Source of the DNA: Klebsormidium nitens | Lineage: Eukaryota; Plantae; Klebsormidiophyceae | Reading direction: 5' to 3' | DNA: 64,000 nt | Assembly: GCA_000708835.1 (NCBI GenBank) | Contig: DF237199.1 | Location: 58,207 to 122,206, forward strand | Shown here: positions 1 to 11,142 of the stretch, piece after piece | Position numbering within the stretch: the stretch's first letter is position 1 | How the letters are laid out: every line of letters starts with the position of its first letter | The notes under the pieces: model-generated | Database searches by the model: none | What the model was told of the DNA's origin: nothing | Seen by the model: the letters and a program-made list of their open reading frames with translations, nothing else | Program-made: the position numbers and the translations under genes

Positions 1-2977
1 CCTTTTGAGGAGCAGCAGTGTTAGCCTCAGTACTAGTCTTGTCCCCAACTCCTTCCCCAGAATCAGCCCGTTGCACTCCAAGTTCCAGTCCTGCGGCACA
101 CTCTGACTCCCCTCCAGAGAGCCCCCCCTCTTCCCAAGCCTCCCTTTCCTCTTCTGACGCAAACTGATGGTCGTTGTTGCTTTGCCTCTTTGACTGGACG
201 CTCGCGCAGGCGCCCACTCCCGTTGCGCCACCTGGCAGCTCCGCCTCGCTCGGCACCGTTAGCCGGACCTCGGAAGGGGTTTCCGGAACCACCTGATCGG
301 ACTCGCCCACCAGGTCAAACGCGTCCAGCAGAGACCGCTTCTGAATCCCTCGCCTCAGGTACTTCTTTCGCAGTCTTCCAAGAGGCACCGCCTCTTCGCT
401 AACATCCTCGAGACCCTGTTTGGCGAGCCCGACCCCTCCTCCGGCTAGTGAATCCGGACCAGGTGGGCCCAGGACAAGGCCCCCGGGCTTGAAGCTGGGT
501 GCAGGTTCGAACGCCGGCTGAGGCTTTGCAACAGCAGCCCGCCTCTCCGCAGCCTCAGCTACCGCCTTTTGGAGTGTGTTCCTCTTAGCCCCAGCAACAG
601 CTGACGGCCCCCTCTGTCGTTTTGACCCCGCCGATTCTGATTTTTCAATTTTGTCCCCAGCATCTGCCTTGCCGTTTTTAGGCTTTCCCTTGGAGATTTC
701 GGTATGGAAGTCGGAAGGTTCCCCTCCCGGAACTTTCCTTCGTAACACCTCCTGGGTCGCTTCTTCCTCGCGTGGCTCCTGCCCCTCCTCCAGCTGGCTG
801 GCCAGCATTCCCCTCCCCAGCCGCCCCAAGGCTGCATAGAAGGCCGCCTTCTGGGGGGCCACTTCTCCCAGAATATCCTCCCCGGATGCACGGGCTTTCT
901 CGTCTTCATCCAACCGTGTCCTGAGCTCCTCACCCTCCAGATCCTCATTCGTTATCCGTTTATGCTCGCCTAAAGCCCGCTTTCCCCGCTTTCGCCGTTC
1001 CCCGGGATGCTCTTTCTGACCGCGGTCCGTCCCTTGCACCGGCATCCGTGCCAGCAACTCTGGCCCTGCCTCAGGATCACTTCTAATTGCCTGCAAAAGG
1101 GATTGTTGGGGTCCAGATCAGACATTGTGCCAAAACGAAGCACTTCTGATGAAGCATCCCAGTACTGCCTGACGAAAGAAAAAGCAAAACATTGAAGGGC
1201 ACTGAGGACCACCTGAGAGAAAAGCACTTCAAGACTGAGGCTACATGTTTGAGGACAAAAGTGGACAAGTTGAACACAAAAGCAATGCTCCAATCTCGCG
1301 GTACCATGATGCTTGGCTGTTACAGGAAGCCCACCACATCCTGCATATTTTACTTTACTATTACTTTATTTATTTATTATACTTTAGCATATTTTCCTGG
1401 GCCTTACAACCGAAGCCAAGGTCCTAGGTCCCAACCTACAGAGCCAGCTTTAGGCAAAAGAACCCCTTCGTGCATTGCAGAGCCTCACCTTTGCAGGCAG
1501 CACTCGATCTTCTCCACCATTCAGACCTTCCCCAGCCTTTGGCACACCTCCGTCAGCCGCTGCCCTGCAAACCCGTCGCGCCAGCCCAGATCCGGCTCGC
1601 ACACCATCTTCCGGGCCCGCTTTTGCAGCCAGCTCCCTGGCGCCCATGCTAATCAGCGGCCCCATTAGTGCAGGGTCCAGTCCAAGTCCACTTTTCCTCT
1701 CGCCCCCAGGCACCGGGGCCTTTCCCTCCACTTTTCTCCTTTTAGGACTTCTCCCCTCTTGCTCTCCTACCCCTTCGTGCGCCTTCCCCCCTCTTACCAC
1801 CCCCGCCATGCCACCAGGCTCACCGACTACATCATTGACACCCTTTTCCTCACGCCCCATTTGCCTGCACCCTGCGCCTGCCCCAGCATCAGCATTCCGT
1901 CCCCCCACTTCCGCTTTATTCCCCTGCTCGGCCCCCACCCCCGCGTGTCCCCCTGCCGCCGCAGCCGCTTTGGCAGCCACGCGGCGGGCCCTTCTAGCCC
2001 TCTTGGCAGCCCGCCTGATCTTCCGCTGCCTCCTCTCCGCTTCGTCCCCCAGCTCATCCACAAACTTTACCGCTCGCACGACGTCTACCCGAACGCCCTT
2101 CCCGACTCTCACATACGGGAGCGCCGCACGGGACACCGTCAAGTACCGCAAGGGCTCCTGCTGCCCCCTCACAAGGCCCGCGTGGCCATCTCCTTCTTTG
2201 TTGGGGACAGCATTGTTCCCCCCTTCGTCCCTGAAGCACAGGCCAGCGTGCAGACCCCTGGCGCCTCCTCCCGGACCCGTACTGGTAGCATCTGGTGCCG
2301 GCTGCTCTCCCGCTGTTTGGGTAGGTGCTCTCCCCAGGACAGCTGGATTGTCAGCCGTTTTGCTTTGCCCCAACTCTGCACCGCTTGTCATTGCTGCTGT
2401 GCCGTCAGGGCTGTCTGAAAAGGCCCCGGACCCACAGCATTGTCCAAGTAACTGTTTTGACTGGCCCAGCTGCTCTGGCAAGACTGTCAGCAAGGTATCC
2501 ACTCTCAGCCCGCTTTCAATGAGCCTTAGGCCTGCAATGAAAGTGAGCAGAACCAAAATCAGAAACTGAGATAAATGATTTGCAGCAGAAAGGAGGTTTG
2601 AGCTTGTCAACGCCCCCACTCACAGCCCATAAACCCATTGCGTTCTCAAAGGAAAGCATTCAAAGGCAATAACTGAACTGGAAGAAATGCTGGGAGAGTA
2701 TGCATCTCACAGAACTTGTGAAATCATTCCAGGAAGGAACACCTCGGTCCTGATCGCGCTCAATGCAGTAAAGCATCATGCAATGTTCACCAGATTGCCC
2801 ATTGTGCACCCTCCATTTGTTCAGTGTTGAATACGTCACCCTTGGTTCTGGAGGTGCCGCACTCACCATGGTCATTGAAGCATGACTTCCAGTCCTGCAG
2901 TTCCCCTACGATTATTCGCCAGAGCACCTCCAAAACACCGCCAATCGATTCTGTTGCCTTCCTCGCCGTTACAAATG
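1..2977 (-). CDS. Multi-exon gene of unknown function; 3' end runs off the left edge, 5' end unresolved
   Basis: Exons at 2977-2867 (FVTARKATESIGGVLEVLWRIIVGELQDWKSCFNDH), 2531-1489 (acceptor ttgcag, donor AAG|gtgagg) and 1090-<1 (stop-free to base 1; low-complexity, contains VVPETP). Phase is compatible across the 2867/2531 junction. A small exon near 1210-1144 is possible. No family recognised. Confidence 0.75.
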
Positions 2978-4152
2978 CTGGTGGTTACGGGTGGAGAATG
3001 CAAGCCGGTCTTGTCTGGAAACTCTTGCAAAGCTTCTTCTTGGATCAGTTTGTAATGCTTCTAGATGATTAGCTGAATGCTGTAGTGCTCAAGTCCCAGA
3101 AGCACACGAAGAGCAGCAGATTGAGCTTGATAGGCCCTGACCTTCTTTGCCCTTGACCAATCCTACTGATAATGGTGTGCAATGGCAAATCGTCACTCGG
3201 TCATCTACCAAGGTAATACCATATGAAGCTGCTGACCACCGAAGCCTTCAAGAAGCAAAAGGTTGCTTGAGAGACCATAGAAAGGCAACTCGAACCCATG
3301 ATCACTGCCACCTTGGCCGCCATTGCAAGATCATGTTGCCAGGCTGTCATGCACCGGATTTGAAGACGCCAATGTCGCACTGTGACTCTGAGCTCTAGCT
3401 TTGAGGCGTTGCACACGTGCGTGCATGCGACTTTTTCAAATTTTCAAAAGCAATTTGATTTGTTCGCGCCAAAAGCCCGGAAATGTACCCGCAGTTTGAG
3501 TTTCCATTTCGGAGAATAAAACCAGCCGAGCAAATCCTGCCTAATGTGGTTGGGTTCTTCCCGAACGCATCTCTTATGTAATTTAACGGCAGATGGGTTT
3601 TGGCCCTGGGGTTCGCCAGTCAGCGACCTAGGTACCGTAGGCAGCCTGCAGGATTTGGCCCTGAGTGGGCCTTGCTTGCATGATGCAGGAATCAGCCATG
3701 CATGCTTCTGTGGCGCAAATTCTCATCTTGTCATTCAGGTTTCAGGTACCTAGGAGGTACAATGTGGTTAGGGAGGCATAATGTCAATGGTGTATTCAGG
3801 CATTGTTCGTAAAGACGAGCCTCAAATGCGCACTATCATTACCCCACTTCAGTGGTAATTGGACACCGCTCGGCTGAGTGATTGAAGTCTGTGCGGTTGC
3901 TGATGTTTGGCTCTTGGTCGGCATGAATTCGGGGGAACGCGCTCAGCTTTAGATACCGCGGGTAGAGGTAAGAACTTTCAGTCGCCTTTTGCAAATCTGT
4001 CTCTTTATGCTTAGACATGGTAGTCAGACCCCAGAACTAGGGGTGCACTTGATATGACAAGTCTGCCACTGTGCTTGATGTGGTTCGTTGCAGTTGCTGT
4101 ACCTCTAATCGTGTCCCTCAATGTCGATTTGAGAATTGAGTGCATTCTTTAC

Positions 4153-4390
4153 CACAGTAGACTTTCCGGACATTGTCGATTGCATGCAATGCTGGTGGAA
4201 GAGCTTTTTCAGAGTGTGCTGAAGCAATGGAACAGCAATGTTTGTTCTGTGCACAGGCACACCTTCATAAGTTGGTAATATAAAAGGCAATGAGCCACAC
4301 ACTTCATGCTCAGAAGGATCTGCCAATGTTTGAATTACAGCTGCGCGGTGCTGCGCACAAACAAGTTTTGGCAACACTCTAAAAGCATCT
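4153..4390 (-). CDS. Two exon-like segments, possibly upstream exons of the left-edge gene
   Basis: 4390-4303 (DAFRVLPKLVCAQHRAAVIQTLADPSEHE|gtgtgt) and 4218-4153 (HTLKKLFHQHCMQSTMSGKSTV|gtaaag) are in one frame with canonical splice signals. Confidence 0.4.
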
Positions 4391-5019
4391 CTGCAGAAGA
4401 TTCTCAACCTGGCTGAAGTTTTGACAGTTATTTGCCTCACAAACCTTGCTCTTGAAGGGCGAAATGATTGCACCCTGACGCTACCTACTGAAAAGACTGT
4501 TCTTTTGAAGCGGCACTAAATCATCTTAGAATTGGGTGGTCACGGCCAGATGCCGAGAAAGTATCCACTCTGATGGTTCTCATGCACTCATGATGGTTCT
4601 AAGTAAGGCAGCTCCCTGCCTCAACCACTCTTCCTGCAATTGAGCATCCAATTTACCATGGCGCCCATTGCCCTGCAATCGATATTCTTCATTTGTCTGG
4701 GAGTCAAACCTCCTCACGACTTGCGGAATCTAACTGATATCCCCCATCTTTAGCCTCCTCCCGTGATTTGCTTCAACTGAAGCTTGAGTTATAGAGGGCC
4801 AAGGGCCCCTGTTTAAGTACTTTTTCTGCACATTCAGCTTTATCTTGTGGGACTGTGCATCAGCAGCTCACGTACACTCTTTGTTTTGTTGTTCTCAGAC
4901 AATCCTTGGCAAAGCTGAGGACCATTCGAGGGGCGGCCCTATACGAAGGAAGCGACACCAAGCCTGGGCCTTGTACCAGTTTTCCAGCCAACAAATCCAC
5001 ACGACTGGCGGCGCTTCCA

Positions 5020-8000
5020 ATGATGGATTCAAGTCCACAGGCCCCGGGGCCTCGGAGTCTGTCGCCCCTGTCACCCGAGAAGCGCTCCGCTTGTCTGTTG
5101 ATGCGGCGCGCGCAAAACCGCAAGATCGGGCACTTTCTGGCCTGGACGGTGGGGAGGAAGAAGCTAACCAGGGAACAAAGCAGCGTCCTGAAAGGAGTGG
5201 TAGGACGGGGCCAGGAAGTAGGGAAGAGGCCTGCGAGGGAACTCGAAGAACCGCTAAGCGGCAGCAAGAAGGCACGCGGGAAGAGTTTGGGTGAGGGTTT
5301 TCACCAGGAGCCTCGAGTCCCAAAAAGGAGAAAGCGCGAGTACACCGAAGCGAGTATAGCGCCAGAGGCTGCCATGGAGACTCCAGCCAAAGAACTGTTC
5401 AGAGCGGCTGGGTCCACTTTGAAACCAAACGGAAGTAGTGCAGGGGGTGCACGTCAAGAAGAAGTGAAACCTCAATCGCATGGGGCATCACACAGCATGG
5501 GGGAGAAGCGGGGCAAGCGCAGAATTACGCCGATCCCCAGCCCGCCAGTCAGCCGGCCTGTCTCCGCAGAGTCGAGTGTCATAAGAAACGAGGGGCCGGA
5601 TGCTGAGGAGGCCTCCCAGCAGAGTGCGCTGGTGCGTGATCTGGCTGAGAGCTTTAGCACAGTTAGCACGGACGAAAAAGGCTCTGTTGCTGCAAACCAG
5701 GCCGTGCCTTGGAGGTTGTCCGAAGCTGAGGAAGGGGCTCCATCCGGGTCGGGACCGCCCCCAGCTTCCCAAACTCGACAAGCCAAACCCGTGAGGATCC
5801 GGAAGCCCCCCGAAGCGGACGTCGAGCTTGATCCGAGGGTGGAAGAAGCACTGCGCTACTTGGGCACAACTTTTGGGGACATTCGAGGGGGTCAGCCGGT
5901 CTCCGGTGCTTCTAGGCGGCGGAGAAAAGCACGGCGTTGGCGCAAGTGGCGCAGGTTCTGTGGGCAATTGGCTTTCTGGCCGTCCAAGAAGTGGTACCTC
6001 GGGTTTACGGAGCAATTGGCGAAGGTCGCGGAGGACGGGGGGAGGGTGCTGGGAATGATTGACCGGTGGCGGGTCGAGCAGCTGCGAAACTTTGGACGGG
6101 ATCATTTGGCGGACGCTGCACTGGGAATGGTGGGGGTCCCAGCTAGGGCGGCGGAGAGAGGTCCTGGGGACGCCAACGCGCACATTAATGATGATGAAGA
6201 AGTTAAACCGGAAACGCTCAGCCAAAACGAAGCTGGGGCGAAGGAGGATTTCACGGGAGCCAAAGGTTCGGAAATTGGACTTGCGGGGCAGGTTGAAACC
6301 GAGGGGAAGGAAGAGTTAGCGCCTGCAGACGTTAGGGGGCACCCAGATGAGGAAGAGGTATCCAGTTCGGGTATGGACGTGGAAGACTGGGGAGCCCTGG
6401 AGGAGGACGCGCCGCTAGAAGGGGCATCAGATGACGACTGCACGGTTTCTGACGGGCTGAGTGAGTTAGGTAGGGACGAACCGGCGCATGCTTCGGAGGC
6501 TGAGGGGCAGCCCGAACCGGAGGTGATCCACGATCGGGACTTAGCGGAAGGGGATGCAAACGAGCTCCACATGGACGCTTTGCGCAGCATGAGGTTGATG
6601 ACCCAGGACGCATTCTGGGTGCTGCGAGAAGGCGGGGGTGGGGAAGCGTGGGACTTGGAAGAAGGTCCCGGGGGACCAGGGTCGGGCGGCGCAGAGGCGG
6701 ACTGGCGAACGGACGATGAAGGTGGAGGGGGGGAATCACAAAGGCAGGGGGAGAACGGGGGCGGTCCAAGCGACTTGGCGTTCATGACGAAAATGGCGAC
6801 CGCAGAGTCGCCATCGGACCTGGAGGCGATGCTGGACCGACTCGGCCTGGAGGACCTCGCCTTAACGGTGAGCAGCTGGCCCCAGGTCTGCTGACTTTCT
6901 TTCGATGAAGGATCTTGCTGATTCCGTGCGTTTAGGGGTGTTCTGCAGAGAGGTGACGAATGAAGTCTGTAGAATGTGCTTTCTATTTTCGTAAAAATCG
7001 CCAACCTGCTGTAGGCTGATCCTGTCTTCGAGGCAAACTGTGCAGCTTGCTTGCCTGTGACTTTGCACTCGCCGGAATACAACTCGTTCGAGACCCGGTG
7101 TGGTAATCCTCACAAAGAGCCACTGACGCTTTCGGCTCTCTAGCGACTGGTCGAGCAGGTCACCTTACGACAAAGGACAACACAGAACACAGATCTTTTG
7201 TATCCGGCCCGTTCGGCGACTGTTCTGCAGGGTCAACTACGATATGAGGAGCAGCCAGACAATCTTCAGCATCCATTCTGAACCGCTGCCACTCCGACAT
7301 ATTCAGGCCGTACCGCTACTTCCACTGAAGAATACCACTGTTATGCTTGCCGGAATGCACTACTCACAGTGATACTTAATCTCCCGTCCAGGCCCCCCGG
7401 CCTGTCAGCTGCCGCCCCCTCTCGGCCGCCGAGAGCACTGCGGTGGACGCGGTCTTGCGGCGCAGCTTCTTCCGGGGGGGTGACGACGGGCACGGCATCG
7501 TGGCGTCTGTGGGGCAGCACGAAGTGAGCGCGCGCGACCTGCAGGCGCTGAGCGGCGCGCGCTGGCTCAACGACCAGGTGGTCAACTTCTACATGGAGCT
7601 GCTGGCGCGCAAGAACGCGGCCGACAGGAAGGCCGCGCGCGCAAGGTGAGCGGCGTGCGGGACTAGGGAGACTGGTCCACTGGTCAGCTTGGCAAGGAAT
7701 TGATCGTCCAGGAACAGAATAAGGATGGTCGGGCTGTTGCTTGCGTAGGAGAAATAAGGCCGGAAGCGTGCCGGTATCGATAAGCCTCCTCGTTGAAGGT
7801 TTGCTCCAGGTCGCAGGGATACAGGTTCTGCCAACATCTGAAGGGGGCGCTAGAGGCGCCTCCTTCTTTCCGCATCGTTTTTCGCACTTGTCAGTGTCAG
7901 ATTTACCCACACCGGCAAGCTGCCAGGGAGGCTGACACGGTTGGCTTGTTGCTCCTCAGGCCAGTTCCCCGGGTGCACGTGTTGAACAGCTTCTTCTACA

Positions 8001-9697
8001 CCAAGCTGGTCAACGGCGGGTACAACTACACGGGGGTGCGCCGCTGGACCAAGAGAGTGGACGTCTTTCAGCAGGACCTCCTCCTCACGCCCATCAACCT
8101 CAACAACGCGCACTGGTGAGCAGCGCTGTCTGCATCGGTTTTTACGAGCAGAAATGATCTCAGCAGAGTGCTGCTTACTGGCAGTGCGCTACGAAGCTCG
8201 ACATCTTATCGACATGCACGGGATAGCTACTGTGGCTCGTCTTTTTCCCTTGGAGTGCTTGCAATCATTGTTTTTTAGGGTGCTTCTGTCCGTCGACGGT
8301 ACGTTCTTTGTTTGAAAGAAACGCGTTTCAACTGCTGAAGGTGGCTGTGTCATCGTCTCCGGACTCTTCACGTCAGTCTTCTGGCCTGCTTTATGCTGAG
8401 CTGGAAATGAAAGGGACACTGCTGGAGCGGAACGGAAGTCGCACGTGGACACGACTATTCTGCGTCATCACTCATTAAGAAAGCAGAGGTGCTTGGAAAA
8501 AGTCAGAGCGGCATTGCGTAATGATTCATTAGTCGACCAATCCCTCCCTCGCCCCTGTTCTACGGCGACAAAAGCCAGAGCAAGCACACAGGCTTTGGAG
8601 CTGACTTGCTCTCGTGTCCTCCAGGGCCTTGATCTCTGTGAACCTCAAGGACCGGTGTGTGGAGTACTACGATTCGCTATGCGGTCCCGTCGAAAGTGCG
8701 CGTGCCAGGACCATCACAGAGACGGTAAGCGCGCCGTGGTCTTTTGAAGAGCAACTCTTTTCATTTACCTACCGTCGAACGCATCTGCATCTTTCCACCT
8801 ACGGCCTGCTTATCATGCGCGATCCCCGGATTTCGCGTCTGGTCGCTTTGCACAGATTCTTACAGACGCGTCTGCTTTTGTTTTCATCCGCAGAGTGCTT
8901 TGAGCCTGACTCCACGACATCTACGCCAGCTCGATCGAACCGGCGAAAAAATCTTTGATTTCTTTGGCACTCCCATGTATTTGCAAAAGGGCCGCAGATC
9001 AGCGCGTCTTCCGTCCAAGCTCTTAGAGAAAGGCGCTTCCTCGACCATCGAAAGCAGGTGGCCTCTTCCGCAGTGATCGACCTTTGAATTGTTCTCTCCC
9101 TCTTGGAGCAGGTTCTGCGGTACCTGGAAGACGAGAGCCAGGACAAGCGGCAGCGCGAGCTGGAGGACCGGAAGAAGTGGGCCGTCAAACAGATGCTGCA
9201 CGGGGTGCCGCAGCAGGTACGGCCCTGCGCCTCAGTGCTGCTTCCCACGTTCCCTGTGCTGCGCTTTCGATTCTCTTACGGCCTCTTGCAGGGGTAGCAC
9301 GCAGAGGTTTTGGCGGCGCACTGCATGCCCAAGCGTCTCCTTTATACCCGCCTGTTGAGACTACCAGGCCTCTTGCAAAGTTTCGTCTGTTCGTTGTACA
9401 CCTTTCGGTCGCGTTTCCACCGATCGATTCCCTGGAACTGCGCCAGTTTCATATGTGAGTAAGTAAGTCTCTTGCACCTCATTTACCGTGCATAAAGGAG
9501 TGCACAACCTTCAAAATTGTGTCTCCTGTGGCCCTGCGCAGGGCGACGGAGGTAGCTGCGGCGTGTTTGCATGCGCTTACGCCGACCTGTTGGCCCAAGG
9601 GGCGCGGCCGCCGTTCGACTTCAGCCAGGCGGACATTCTGACCATGAGGAGAGCTATGGCCGCGGACATTCTTGCCGGAAAGTTGCAACCGGCATAG
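5020..9697 (+). CDS. ULP1: Ulp1/SENP-family (peptidase C48) SUMO protease with a long disordered N-terminus
   Basis: Exons 5020-6867, 7392-7645, 7960-8115, 8625-8724, 9112-9216 and 9542-9697 are all phase-compatible. Motifs WLNDQVVNFYM, NSFFYTKL, HW (His), YYDS (Asp) and PQQGDGGSCGVF (Gln, Cys). Confidence 0.93.
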
Positions 9698-10821
9698 AAG
9701 AAGAGCGGAGGAGGAATGCTTCTCATGAAACTGTGGCCCTAGCTAGGCGTGCCCTGCTTTTGTAAGCAGGGTCAATAAGATGTGCCCCACAAAGCCGCTC
9801 TGGCAAAGCCAGGCCTGGCAAAGCAGCTTAGGCATCCAGGAGTCCTCCTCCAGAACTTGTATTTCAACGGTGATATAGTATGTTGAAAGCTTCGCTCTTG
9901 TCGAAAAGTCTGATGCAGGCGGAAACATTGACTGACAAGCCGTGACCGGCTTGATTGGACTCCAAAGAAAAGGAGATGCTCCGGAAACGTTGTACCTTAG
10001 TGCAACCGCTCCGAAAAATGATGTTAAGCGTGAGCACATCAAAGACCTGCGGGGCTCTCTTAGGGCTTCCACTTATCCGTGCTTGTATGGTCGTGATAGA
10101 TGCACGAGGACTCTCAGATCTGTTCACATCCGGTGATGGACAATGATGGAATGCGTACGTCGACCAGGACGGTCACACGAGTTGGGCCTGGAGGCTATAG
10201 AACCGCCGCACCGCGGCATGTAACATCGTAAGTGAAGTTGCAAAGCCAAGATACTAGGGAAGGCGCCCGTAAAGTATATCAAGGACCAGTCACGTTAAAT
10301 TACTGCCAAACGTCTAGGCGCCGCGATAAAGGATAAAGGACCAGTCACGCGTTTATCAAGTTACTCAGCGTGCAGAGATATCGTCTCAAAGATCCTCTCT
10401 GGCTCCGACTTCAGGCCGGGGCGGCCGCCAGGGCCGCATGCATGGTACGTCCGTTTGCAGTTGACTAGTGTTTGAGCGCTACGTTAAGCTGGGCACGCCA
10501 ACCTATACTTACTTAATTTTGAAATGTGCAGCGTGCCCTATAGCAATAGGACTAGCTGGTACGTCAGTGTCATGTTGGGCCTGCGCTACAAATGCAATCA
10601 ACGGCGGCTGGCAATGATGCAAAGTGGGCGGCCTTCAATCATTGCAATTGTCGCGATCCATGAATTCAAGCGCATCATGCCGCGGGCCGGAGCGTGAGCA
10701 GCAAATATTGCTGCCGCCCCCGCTGCTGCACCCTTTCACAGAATCAATTTGATAAGAAGACTTGCACATGAATATGTTCTAACCTCGCACTTACAATCCA
10801 GCATCAAACGTGCGAACGAGT

Positions 10822-11025
10822 AGTCTCGATTATATGTTGAGTTACGGCTATGTTGACTTAGGTCATGCCCGGGAGACGGGTGGGGTTGGTTTGGGGGTTT
10901 CAAGTTTAGGGTGGGTATGTACGGGTGCGGAGCATGTTAACTTTTGGTTTAGGTTTTTAGTTTGTTTGAGCCCGGGGACTCGATCTAACTCAACATACAC
11001 CTAACTCAACATAATATCGAGACTT
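10822..11025. mobile_element. MITE-like element with about 55-bp imperfect terminal inverted repeats
   Basis: Left agtctcgattatatgttgagtta...cccggg versus right cccggg...taactcaacataatatcgagact. Each arm has two copies of a tatgttga(g/c)tta subrepeat. G/T-rich core. A 7-bp direct repeat gcgaacg lies at 10812 and 11030. Confidence 0.6.
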
Positions 11026-11142
11026 ATGGGCGAACGTTCATGTATGCAAGTTTAATCTTTCGACACTGTCATATGTATGTATTGCTCCCATGTGCTAATG
11101 CTACCATCCGCTCTGTATTCAGCTGTAATCGATCAGCGATGC

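Noticed and set aside
1475-2569. 364-aa and 219-aa plus-strand ORFs
   Set aside because: They are antisense shadows of the spliced minus-strand exon 2531-1489, which has proper splice sites and in-phase neighbours.
3463-3474. E2F-like site (ttttggcgcgaa on the minus strand)
   Set aside because: A single short match, and the transcription start of the nearby gene is unknown; exon-like segments lie further upstream.
10281-10349. 14-bp direct repeat aaggaccagtcacg, two copies 55 bp apart
   Set aside because: Only two copies with no associated structure; not a CRISPR array.
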